From NCBI RefSeq assembly GCF_003367075.2, contig NZ_CP065936.1, positions 3,180,001 through 3,212,000 of the forward strand: a DNA stretch of 32,000 nt. Direction: 5' to 3'. Every line of letters starts with the position of its first letter. The stretch's first letter is position 1. The stretch comes from Cylindrospermopsis raciborskii Cr2010 (GTDB lineage: Bacteria > Cyanobacteriota > Cyanobacteriia > Cyanobacteriales > Nostocaceae). The position numbers and the translations under genes are program-made. Below the pieces are notes generated by a model. That model saw only the letters and a list, made by a program, of their open reading frames with translations, did not search any database and was not told the origin of the DNA. Shown here one piece after another: positions 1-8,125 of the stretch.

Positions 1-475
1 CAGCCAGATTCACAGAACCCTGGGCATATACTACTTGAACTCCTGGATGTTGGGCTTCGTCTGTGCGATAGACATTCGCAGCCTCGCGCTTTTTATTGTA
101 GGTATATTTTTCACTGAGTTCCAACACGCCAATATATTCACCTTGGGAGTTATCTAGACGTACTAACCCACCCACCTGCAAAGGACTTGCCACTTCTTCT
201 GTCACAGACAAAGTGATGGGAATTGACCAAACTACACCATTAGCCAGACGCATTTCCTCTACTACACGGTTGTAGTCCACCTGGTTCATAAAACCAGTTA
301 AGGGACTAAAACCACCAATGGCTATCATTTCTAAGTCTGAAACAGCCCGCTCATCCAGGATCACTCTCGGTAGGAAATCAGCTTTAGCACAAAAAAATTC
401 TTTTTGTTCTGGTGAAGCAACTCGGTTTATTAACTCTCCGCCGTGGGGGGCGATCGCATCTCGATGGTAACTCAA
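1..475 (-). CDS. sat: Sulfate adenylyltransferase (ATP sulfurylase), N-terminal ~158 codons; the gene runs off the left edge
   Basis: Not in the ORF track because it is edge-truncated and has a TTG start at 475-473. My minus-strand translation is (TTG)[90 protein letters not shown]... This is the canonical ATP-sulfurylase N-terminus (APHGGxLINR, [13 protein letters not shown]). Confidence 0.85.
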   Translation of the reverse strand, partial: MSYHRDAIAPHGGELINRVASPEQKEFFCAKADFLPRVILDERAVSDLEMIAIGGFSPLTGFMNQVDYNRVVEEMRLANGVVWSIPITLSVTEEVASPLQVGGLVRLDNSQGEYIGVLELSEKYTYNKKREAANVYRTDEAQHPGVQVVYAQGSVNLA

Positions 476-645
476 GGTGATCCTTCCGTAATTTAGTAAT
501 TTATAGTTTTGTTGCCAATCAATTAATAAGTTATCAAATGCTTGGTGCACTGTCCTAGTAGTTTGGCAAAAAAATTTCTTGGTGGTGCGGTGCCCAAACT
601 ACATTAAAATTTTGCCATCTTTGGTAACTACACCGCAAGTCCTAA

Positions 646-1254
646 TTATTGGATCAGATCCGGGAAAACAATTTCCTCATAAAACTCCTGGATCGGCAAA
701 CTCAAGCTAATGCTTTTTAGCTCCACCCGATCACCTGGGCGATCGCTCAGAATTAACCAGTCACCTGTCTCATTTTTGTGATAAATATCAATTGCGATTT
801 CGTCAGAGCTGGCTAATACGTAATCAATCAAGTTGGGATTACGTCTGTACTTTTCAAACTTATTACCACGACTATATGCCTCAGTACCGCTCGATAGAAC
901 TTCAACGATTAAACAGGGATAGGTAATATAGAGGGAATGCTCCCGATCTCGATTGTCGCAAGTTACACTCAAATCTGGATAAGTATAGTTAGAAGTTCCA
1001 AGGATATTAACCTTTAGGTCTGAGTTAAAAACTTGACATGTACTTCCTCGCAGATGAGACCGAATTAATAATAAAAAATTAATTGCGATCGCACTGTGAT
1101 TTTGTGTGCCACCACTCATTGCATATACGCGACCATCGATTAGCTCGTGCTTTTCTAACTGCTGTTCTTCCCAGCAAAAATACTCTTCAGGTGTAAAAAA
1201 CTGGTCTTGTTCTTTGACTGCAATCATAGGAATCATCTGAACTAAAATTGACAT
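646..1254 (-). CDS. Uma2-family (DUF820) restriction-endonuclease-fold protein
   Basis: 202-aa ORF. The pattern EL(I)DG..Y.MSGGT..HS.I..N...PDLSV...IVEVLS..T...D...K...Y is typical of the Uma2/DUF820 PD-(D/E)xK family, which is highly expanded in cyanobacteria. Confidence 0.75.
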   Translation of the reverse strand: MSILVQMIPMIAVKEQDQFFTPEEYFCWEEQQLEKHELIDGRVYAMSGGTQNHSAIAINFLLLIRSHLRGSTCQVFNSDLKVNILGTSNYTYPDLSVTCDNRDREHSLYITYPCLIVEVLSSGTEAYSRGNKFEKYRRNPNLIDYVLASSDEIAIDIYHKNETGDWLILSDRPGDRVELKSISLSLPIQEFYEEIVFPDLIQ

Positions 1255-1281
1255 ACTCCCCTACCTTTTTATCACTTTACT

Positions 1282-1582
1282 TTACTCCTGCTCAAAGGCC
1301 TGACTGTTAAATTTGAGGGTGCGGCAATTTTCTGTGACAGTGCGCACCACATCATCAGGTACACCATCGGGAATGTCTGCTTCAATTTCTAATACTATCC
1401 TAACTTTCGCATCTTTTAAGCTGGTTAGGTGCTGAATGATTTCATTGGCGATCGCAGGAGCATCGCGATTAATTCGTAAGGGGTCAATCTCTACTGTGCC
1501 ATGAAATCTCTTGAGCTGGGGTTTTGTTTCTCTGGTTCTCTCGGTTGGGGTGGGTTCTTGGGTGGGTTGGATCGGTTTTTTA
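1282..1582 (-). pseudogene. C-terminal fragment (~97 codons) of the HEPN-DUF499 ATPase, cut off by the IS1 insertion
   Basis: Deleting 1583-2333 and one copy of the 8-bp duplication rejoins the 1013-aa ORF in frame: ...SRSESTSKK|PIQPTQEPTPTERTRETKPQLKRFHGTVEIDPLRINRD...RTVTENCRTLKFNSQAFEQE*. The first ~31 codons of the 128-aa track ORF (1282..1668) are read from IS sequence. Confidence 0.85.
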
Positions 1583-1621
1583 GGCGTTGCATAATAGAGG
1601 TATGAATTGAGGTAATCTACT

Positions 1622-1912
1622 GTGCATTGTCCAAACTGCGGGTCTTCCAAAATCAGAAAGAATGGCAAACGTCGAGGTAAACAAAATCACATTTGTGTTG
1701 ATTGTGGTCGTCAATTTATCGATGTCTATAGTCCACCTAAAGGCTATTCAGAAGAAGTTAAACAAAGTTGCCTGCGCTCTTATGTTAACGGTATGGGATT
1801 TAGAGCAATTGAACGCGATAAAGGCGTTCATCATACAACTATTATTTACTGGCTAAAACAAATTGGTTCCATACTTCCAGATGCTCCACCAGGAAACACC
1901 CTTGGTAGGTGA
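1622..1912 (+). CDS. insA: IS1-family transposase N-terminal part (InsA-like: Zn finger + HTH)
   Basis: MHCPNCGSSKIRKNGKRRGKQNHICVDCGRQF... gives a CxxC...CxxC zinc finger followed by an HTH (GMGFRAIERDKGVHHTTIIYWLKQ), as in IS1 InsA. Confidence 0.8.
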   Translation: MHCPNCGSSKIRKNGKRRGKQNHICVDCGRQFIDVYSPPKGYSEEVKQSCLRSYVNGMGFRAIERDKGVHHTTIIYWLKQIGSILPDAPPGNTLGR

Positions 1913-2309
1913 GCTTGATGAGTTGGAGACCTTTGTGGGATCAAAAAAAAACAAAATATGGTTGTGGACAGCAGTAAATCACTTCCGTAAAAATATCCTG
2001 GCTTGGGTTGTGGGAGACCACAGCTCACAAGCATTTCAACCTTTGTGGGACATCGTTAAACTCTGGCAATGCTTTTTTTATGTTACTGATGGGTGGAGGG
2101 TTTATCCGAGTTTTATTCAGCCAGAGGATCATATTGTGAGCAAAACATATATGACTAGGGTAGAGGGTGAAAATACACGTTTACGTCACTACTTAGCGCG
2201 ACTACATAGAAAAACGCTATGCTATTCAAAATCTGTAGATATGCTTAGGTATTCAATTAAATTATTACTTCACTATTTAAAGTATGAAGTAATACCCGCG
2301 TTTAGTTGA
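1863..2309 (+). CDS. insB: IS1-family transposase catalytic part (InsB-like DDE domain), in a different frame from insA
   Basis: ...GELDELETFVGSKKNKIWLWTAVN...VTDGWRVYPSFI...SKTYMTRVEGENTRLRHYLARLHRKTLCYSKS matches IS1 InsB conservation. The frame is offset +1 relative to insA. Confidence 0.8.
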   Translation: MVPYFQMLHQETPLVGELDELETFVGSKKNKIWLWTAVNHFRKNILAWVVGDHSSQAFQPLWDIVKLWQCFFYVTDGWRVYPSFIQPEDHIVSKTYMTRVEGENTRLRHYLARLHRKTLCYSKSVDMLRYSIKLLLHYLKYEVIPAFS

Positions 2310-2310
2310 T

Positions 2311-5300
2311 TCATCCCGCAAATATGCAACGCCGTTTTTTACTGGTGCTTTCACTTCTACTGGGTGAGGTAAGTTCTTTGACTTGCTCCTCTTCTAGCTG
2401 TTTTGTCGCTATTTCGGGTTTTACAATCAGGTTTTCACTGCTGATGCTGGGGTTTATGTTATGCAATACTACTAGGTTTTTATATTTCTGTTTGCTCTCT
2501 TCCCACCCCTGTGCATAACCAAAGTGATTCTGTATGTCTATTTTTTGTACTCCGTTTTTTACTGCTTCTAATAGCACTTCTGGGTTCTTTAATCGGGGTA
2601 GATATACGTATTGGGCTAAGTATTCCCACAGCTGTTTGAGATCTATGTGGTTGGTGTCTCTCCATAGGTATTTGTCTAGTGCTTCCATTCTTAGGGTGTT
2701 GCTGGAATATTCTGTAATCAGTTGTCCATCGTTTACTAGTTGGCGACTAGCTCTTAGTATGGGAGAACTCTCTCCTGGTATTCGTTCGCAGTTAATCTCT
2801 ATCGGTTCGTGGGGATTTGGTTGCTCAGGTGAAATTAACCATTGATAGGTCTGGTTCAAAATTGTTTTTACATATTTTTCTGATTGTTCTTTCTGAGCTG
2901 TGGCTTGTTTGGTCTGTGAAACATTTAGGTTTAATGTGTCTTTGTCATTCAATATGGAATCCCATGCTAGATACTGGGCAACATTCTTGTTTAAATTTTC
3001 TATGTTGTCTTCCTCCGCAGCAACAAATACTAGGGTGTTTTTATAATAGCGGCGGCTGGTTCCTCTATGATTCAGAACGTCTTCTATCCATTCTATAGCA
3101 CTGCTATTTTTTTTAGCTTTATTGTGCTGGAGTTCGGGACTAAGAACTACAAGTCTCACTCCTAGGTTAGGATCGTCGGGTATGTCGCTGCTGGAGTCTG
3201 GAGCAGTATGAATGGCTGTAAATTCACCCCGCTCTTTGTCGCTTTTTAATCTTCTAATTATTTCTTCTGTGACTTTGTATAGTTCCTCTAAAAATTGGTT
3301 GGTTCTATCCTGTGCTGTACGGGTAACGTTGGGTTGATTAGAGATCCAGTAGCGGTTACCATCAATATACAAGTAGGTAGCTCTATCTGTTAATCTTCTA
3401 AGAGCATCTACAAAGGTGGCTACTACTTCCCCTGGTTGGACACAGCCAAGTTTTATCCGCTGTTCTTCTAATCCTATGTTGGCGGCCTGTTGAATGGGCG
3501 CTGAGCCTAGGTATATGGTGCGTGCAACTCTCCGACAAGCAGAGTAACGACCAATGGGGGTGTTTTGCCTGTCTATCTCCAGAGGAAGGGAGTTTATTCC
3601 ATCTACATCTTTTTCGATGATGGGAACCCAGTTGTCATCCAGGTATCTTGTTAGTTCTGACTGAACTTGAGCATCATCCATGGGAATTTGACCTGGCATG
3701 ATCAGTAAACCTTTATCTTCTCTTTCCCACAGAGAATGGATTACTTTGGCCATTAGACGCAATACTCCCCTAGTTCGCTGAAATTTATCCAGAGTTGACC
3801 ATTCTGAATAAAGGCGATCAAATATTTCTGGGTGTATGGGGTAAGACTCTTTTAGGCGGTTTTGATATTTGGCTTCTGCGCATTCACTAGGAAACTCTTG
3901 CTTTTGCTGGCGATACATATCATAGAATGCCCGAATCACCCTATCTCTTTCCACAAACAGGTCTGGGTTTGTAGTAGTCTCAAATAGGCGACGACGGACT
4001 ATTTCCAAGCTCTCTTCCGCACTGGATGGTCTCCAGGGAGATTCTACCCTACCCATAGCATTTTTTAATCTGTCCAGGGCTTGTTTGCCCCTATCTCCAC
4101 CTATTTCGTTATCAGAGGAGGAGGGGATGCTCACTACTAACAGGGTGCGGTCGGCATTTTTTGCTGATTCGCTCAGGGTCTGGGCAAAGGTAAAGTGGGT
4201 ATCAAAACTCCCTCCTGGGAGATCTGGTTGTTCATGAAGTTGGCGAGCGTAAGCAACCCACTCATCTATTAATATCATGCAGGGAGCATAGCGGTTAAAT
4301 AGGTGTTTGAGAGTATCACCAGGATTAGTAGCTGTTTGGTCGCTGTCTCTCACCATTTCATAACCCTCTTTCCCTCCCAGTTGCCAGGCTATTTCTCCCC
4401 ACAGGGTACGTATTTGGGTGCCATCTGATTTTTTATAAATGGTACCAGGTGAGATTTTGTTACCCACTATGACTACTGTGTTGACGTTTTGGGGTAGTTC
4501 CTTGATGGATGTTTCTTCAAATACTGGATCTAGTCCGGGTAGTTCGTGGGGTTGTAGTCCAAAAAACATGTGATAGAGGGCAAGTATAGCATGGGTTTTG
4601 CCTCCTCCAAAGTTGGTCTGTAGTTCGATTACTGGGTCTCCTCCTTTGCCTGTCAAGCGAATGAGGGCATTAGTAAGGAGTTTTTTGAGTCCTTCCGTCA
4701 AGTAGGTGCGTCGGAAAAATTCTGTAGGGAGGCGGTATTCATCAGAACCTTCATCTTGATATACTTGCCACAGGTCGGCGGCAAATTCTGCTTGTTGGTA
4801 GCGACCTGATGCTACGTCGGGGTGGGGTGTGGCAATTTCTCTCCATGGTTTTAACCATGATGATGGTTGTCCTTCTGTGGGTGCTTCTGCTTTGCGTCTT
4901 GTTTCTCTTTTGGCTTGTTCTTCATACCGGGTTCTGAGGATTTCTTGTTTTTGCTTTTCTACTTCTTCGGTATCCCCAGAAACTGCATTTAGCAGTCTGG
5001 TAATACTGTCAAAAGCGCGGTAGGTGTCGTCTAGGGAAAATGAACTGTTATGGGCCCAGCTGTTGCGGGTCTCTCTTAGTTCACTCACTAATGAGCGATC
5101 GCTTCTCCCCAGGGTTTTTTTAAAAACGTCGTTCCAATATTCCCACATAACAATAAGTAGGGCTGATACGTCTTCTTGAAAGATAGTATCTGCTGTTTTT
5201 CGGGTTGTGTAGCTTTCCGGGAGGCAATTTATGGCCATAGTAGTCCATTGTTTACCATAGGTTTGTTTCATTTCTCTGTCCACAAAGGGGTAGAGTCCTT

Positions 5301-5352
5301 CTTTAAGGGAATCAAGTGCCCTTCCTACACGTTCCCGATTACTTATTGCCAT
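2311..5352 (-). CDS. Swt1-type HEPN domain fused to a DUF499 (COG1483-type) P-loop ATPase, 3'-truncated by IS1; the native gene reconstructs to ~1103 aa
   Basis: The N-terminal HEPN has an Rx4H motif (SELRETRNSWAHNSSF). The DUF499 core reads WREIATPHPDVASGRYQQAEFAADLWQV...RTYLTEGL, with Walker A LQTNFGGGKTHAILALYH and Walker B CMILIDEW. The last 7 codons (RRCIFAG*) are read from the IS1 end. Confidence 0.9.
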   Translation of the reverse strand: MAISNRERVGRALDSLKEGLYPFVDREMKQTYGKQWTTMAINCLPESYTTRKTADTIFQEDVSALLIVMWEYWNDVFKKTLGRSDRSLVSELRETRNSWAHNSSFSLDDTYRAFDSITRLLNAVSGDTEEVEKQKQEILRTRYEEQAKRETRRKAEAPTEGQPSSWLKPWREIATPHPDVASGRYQQAEFAADLWQVYQDEGSDEYRLPTEFFRRTYLTEGLKKLLTNALIRLTGKGGDPVIELQTNFGGGKTHAILALYHMFFGLQPHELPGLDPVFEETSIKELPQNVNTVVIVGNKISPGTIYKKSDGTQIRTLWGEIAWQLGGKEGYEMVRDSDQTATNPGDTLKHLFNRYAPCMILIDEWVAYARQLHEQPDLPGGSFDTHFTFAQTLSESAKNADRTLLVVSIPSSSDNEIGGDRGKQALDRLKNAMGRVESPWRPSSAEESLEIVRRRLFETTTNPDLFVERDRVIRAFYDMYRQQKQEFPSECAEAKYQNRLKESYPIHPEIFDRLYSEWSTLDKFQRTRGVLRLMAKVIHSLWEREDKGLLIMPGQIPMDDAQVQSELTRYLDDNWVPIIEKDVDGINSLPLEIDRQNTPIGRYSACRRVARTIYLGSAPIQQAANIGLEEQRIKLGCVQPGEVVATFVDALRRLTDRATYLYIDGNRYWISNQPNVTRTAQDRTNQFLEELYKVTEEIIRRLKSDKERGEFTAIHTAPDSSSDIPDDPNLGVRLVVLSPELQHNKAKKNSSAIEWIEDVLNHRGTSRRYYKNTLVFVAAEEDNIENLNKNVAQYLAWDSILNDKDTLNLNVSQTKQATAQKEQSEKYVKTILNQTYQWLISPEQPNPHEPIEINCERIPGESSPILRASRQLVNDGQLITEYSSNTLRMEALDKYLWRDTNHIDLKQLWEYLAQYVYLPRLKNPEVLLEAVKNGVQKIDIQNHFGYAQGWEESKQKYKNLVVLHNINPSISSENLIVKPEIATKQLEEEQVKELTSPSRSESTSKKRRCIFAG

Positions 5353-5425
5353 GAGTTTTTTATATATGTTATTAATGCAGTTATTAACTATAATGCACGA
5401 TTTTGGTCATTAAAAACAATGGCGC

Positions 5426-8086
5426 TCATAAAGAAAGACTAATTTGGTGATCACTAGGGGTTCTATATTGGTTGGCTAATCGGGTAATCTCCGTCCAGGA
5501 TATGACTAGACTATTATAGGCTATAGCCTCTTGATTCCATCCCTTGCGATCGCACAGGTTATACAATCTATAGGCCAGGTCTCGGGCGAGGTAGGGACTG
5601 GTTTCTAGTTGGGCTAGGAGTTTGGCTGCACCGACTTCTCCTTGAAATAGGAGTGAGTGGATAAGATGTTGAGTGATTTCCCAGATTGGCATGCGGGTAT
5701 CTTTTTGTGGTTTCCAGTCTGTAGGGAGGTCTTCTCGTTTGAGGAGTCTGACCTTACCCGCTTTAGCTTCTAAAATGCCTGATTCTACTAGACCTTGAAC
5801 GCTGGTGTTTTTAGCTTTAGAAAGGGTTTCTGCATCACCATAGGGACCATCAGAGAATTGGTGTTGCTCAAACCAGGTGAGGGCCCAGCGGGTATCGCTA
5901 TCGAATTCGCCTTCTTGTTCGGTGAGGAATTCGTCCAGAATTTGGTTAATAGATTGGAGTGCGCTGCGTACGCGTAGGGACTTGCCATCAGGTTCTAATA
6001 CAGCAGCATATTTGGAGAAGATAGCCATACCGGGGCCTATGCTGGCTTGGGCTAGGTCAACGGGGGCGATGTTGCCTTGTTGTAGGAGTTTGAGGGCTGG
6101 GGGAAGGTCTGTTTTGAGTTCTTTGAGGAATTGGCGGCGGGTGGTTTTGGGTGCGTCTTGGGGTCGGGGGCGACATACGAGAACTATGGAGGAGGCAAGG
6201 GCGTTAGAATTTTGTCCTCTGATACGATTACCTAATTCTGTTCGTAGTGGCCATGTTCCATTAATACTAAAACTAGATTGGATTAATCCTTGTAAAATAG
6301 TTTCCCATCCTGTAGAATAGATGTTTTGTTCATTGTCTGTTTCGGTTTGTTTTAACGCATAATATATTGTTATAGGATAATCTTTGTCATTAATTTGATT
6401 GATACGTTGAAAAACTTGAATAAGACTATCTTCAAAAAATTGTTTTGCCTTATCTTTAGTTTCGTGTCGAAAGTGATCTGCCACCATTTCTTGAGCTTTC
6501 GGAACTAATACAGTATTAAAGATGTCTGGATAGATAGAACCTATAGATTGGCGCAGCCAAACATAAAAGAAATCAGATAGATCTGCATAGGGAATAGCGT
6601 CATAGTAAGGTGGATCTGTGGAGATGAATTTGGGTGTATTGTTGCTAGATTGTGATGTGGTGGCATCCAGCTGAATAGCTTTTCCCTGGGGAAAACAAGA
6701 AGACTTTTCAATAACCTTCCAAATCCAATCAATAGCACCATTAAAATTGCCGCTGGAATCACTCATAGGATTAGCTTCAGCAAAATCCCAAGTCATGGGA
6801 ATAGCTTGTCTTGTAAAGACATGACTCATTTTTTCCCCACTTATGTGCCAAGTGCAAATACTACTCCAATAATCTGAGCTTTTGTCAATAGCGATTGCCA
6901 AATAGGTAGCTACTGCATCTGCATAAGCGGTAGCTCCCATACCCCCATCATTGAGAGAGAGATGATCATCAGTTTTTCCTGCTGCTATGGCGTGGTCTTT
7001 TATCTTCTCTCTTGCTTCCTGTACTAGGTCGCTGAAGGTGGTCAGGGCTACAAGTTGGCGCGAGGTGAAGAGATCGCTATGTTTTGTCATGCCATAACGA
7101 GGTGTTGCCATGTATTGGGAATGGGTTGAAAGTTCTGTCTCTGGTTTCCAACTTGGTTCGACTAAAAGAGCTATTTGTTCATGTTCATCACTAGGAGAGA
7201 CATAAATTCTTCCACTTTTTCCTTCAGCTACAATGGCCATTAATTGAGCATTCATCCTTCCTGCTTTCCCTTCGCTACGGATATGATCCAATGTCACGGG
7301 TGTTTTACAGGCTATACAAACTGCTCCTTTTCTACTTACAGTCCCCTCTGGTGCTTCCCCCTTTCCTGTGTTTACCTCAAATCTTATTTTGGGAGTTAGG
7401 GCCCCTTGCTGCTGCTCAATCAAAGGTTCAACCCAAGCCTCTTTCCCTTTCTTGGTTGAAAGATGAAACTTATTAACCAATGGCATTTGACAACCACATG
7501 CTGGGTTAGGACATTTGACGGTTCTAGCCCACACCCAGGCAATAACTGTGGCTTCTCCGCCTCCCTGCTCTTTTGCTAGCTTGACCTTGGGATACAAATG
7601 CCCAATTCGTTTAAAGGCTTCATCCCGCATCCACTGTCCATAATATCTGATATCTTCTGCTAATCCCTGGGCACCATACCATTTTCCTGTGGGGGTGGCT
7701 GATGGATTAACTGGGCGTTGGTCTCTAAATTTGGGTGGAATCTCAATGAGTGCTTTGGTAATTAATACTGCTACTGGGTTGAGGTCACTACCATGGGACT
7801 GAAGTCCTAATCGCTGGGCTTCTAGGGGTATGGATCCTCCTCCGCAAAAAGGGTCGTATGCGGGGGGGGCATTTTTAGCGATGTAGTCTCTTATGGCATC
7901 AGGTTTAGTCGGGGGTTGGTCTCCACGTTCCCAAGCTAGGCAGCGGGTGATTTCTTTTTGAGCATCTATTAATACTGTTGATTTAGGATTATTAATGTCA
8001 TCCCAGGATACTAATCCTTTTACAGTCTCTTTTATATTTCCTTTTTTATCTTCTTTAATTTCAATTCTTCGTGACATACTCCACAC
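5426..8086 (-). CDS. DUF1156-family Zn-ribbon DNA methyltransferase (N6-A/N4-C type, COG1743-like) lacking the N-terminal DUF1156 domain
   Basis: SAM-binding motif YDPFCGGGSIPLEAQRLGLQSHGSDLNPVAVLI. Catalytic motif FISTDPPYYDAIPYADLSDFFYVWLR. Cys clusters CPNPACGC...CIACKTP. The conserved N-terminal WWARRP-type DUF1156 segment expected in this family is absent. The track's GTG start at 8086 lies inside the IS200/IS605 end hairpin, so it is fortuitous. Confidence 0.85.
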   Translation of the reverse strand: MWSMSRRIEIKEDKKGNIKETVKGLVSWDDINNPKSTVLIDAQKEITRCLAWERGDQPPTKPDAIRDYIAKNAPPAYDPFCGGGSIPLEAQRLGLQSHGSDLNPVAVLITKALIEIPPKFRDQRPVNPSATPTGKWYGAQGLAEDIRYYGQWMRDEAFKRIGHLYPKVKLAKEQGGGEATVIAWVWARTVKCPNPACGCQMPLVNKFHLSTKKGKEAWVEPLIEQQQGALTPKIRFEVNTGKGEAPEGTVSRKGAVCIACKTPVTLDHIRSEGKAGRMNAQLMAIVAEGKSGRIYVSPSDEHEQIALLVEPSWKPETELSTHSQYMATPRYGMTKHSDLFTSRQLVALTTFSDLVQEAREKIKDHAIAAGKTDDHLSLNDGGMGATAYADAVATYLAIAIDKSSDYWSSICTWHISGEKMSHVFTRQAIPMTWDFAEANPMSDSSGNFNGAIDWIWKVIEKSSCFPQGKAIQLDATTSQSSNNTPKFISTDPPYYDAIPYADLSDFFYVWLRQSIGSIYPDIFNTVLVPKAQEMVADHFRHETKDKAKQFFEDSLIQVFQRINQINDKDYPITIYYALKQTETDNEQNIYSTGWETILQGLIQSSFSINGTWPLRTELGNRIRGQNSNALASSIVLVCRPRPQDAPKTTRRQFLKELKTDLPPALKLLQQGNIAPVDLAQASIGPGMAIFSKYAAVLEPDGKSLRVRSALQSINQILDEFLTEQEGEFDSDTRWALTWFEQHQFSDGPYGDAETLSKAKNTSVQGLVESGILEAKAGKVRLLKREDLPTDWKPQKDTRMPIWEITQHLIHSLLFQGEVGAAKLLAQLETSPYLARDLAYRLYNLCDRKGWNQEAIAYNSLVISWTEITRLANQYRTPSDHQISLSL

Positions 8087-8125
8087 ACTCCCTTACAGGT
8101 GAGTGTGGGCTTCTCAACGACTCTT

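Larger units (their letters stand above)
1583..2333 (+). mobile_element. IS1-family insertion sequence (751 bp) inside the DUF499 ATPase gene
   Basis: Imperfect terminal inverted repeats: 1583 GGCGTTGCATAATAGAGGTATGAAT versus the reverse complement of 2333 GGCGTTGCATATTTGCGGGATGAAT (20/25 match, first 11 perfect). The element is flanked by the 8-bp direct repeat GTTTTTTA at 1575-1582 and 2334-2341. It carries InsA-like and InsB-like ORFs. Confidence 0.85.

Noticed and set aside
556-606. An inverted repeat GTAGTTTGGCA...TGCCCAAACTAC between the Uma2 stop and the sat start, considered as a terminator.
   Set aside because: The arms are imperfect, the loop is ~20 nt and no U tract follows on the transcribed (minus) strand, so I cannot support a terminator call.
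1282-1668. The 128-aa track ORF as an independent gene.
   Set aside because: Its first ~31 codons are read out of the IS1 end and target duplication. Only the distal ~97 codons are native, and they are the in-frame continuation of the DUF499 ATPase.
1941-1949. The A9 run as the IS1 programmed -1 frameshift site.
   Set aside because: It lies downstream of the insA stop, already inside the insB frame. The required shift is +1 and must occur before 1912.
8075-8086. The GTG at 8086 as the genuine methyltransferase start.
   Set aside because: It lies within the IS200/IS605 right-end hairpin, and the protein lacks the family's N-terminal domain. The start is created by the junction.
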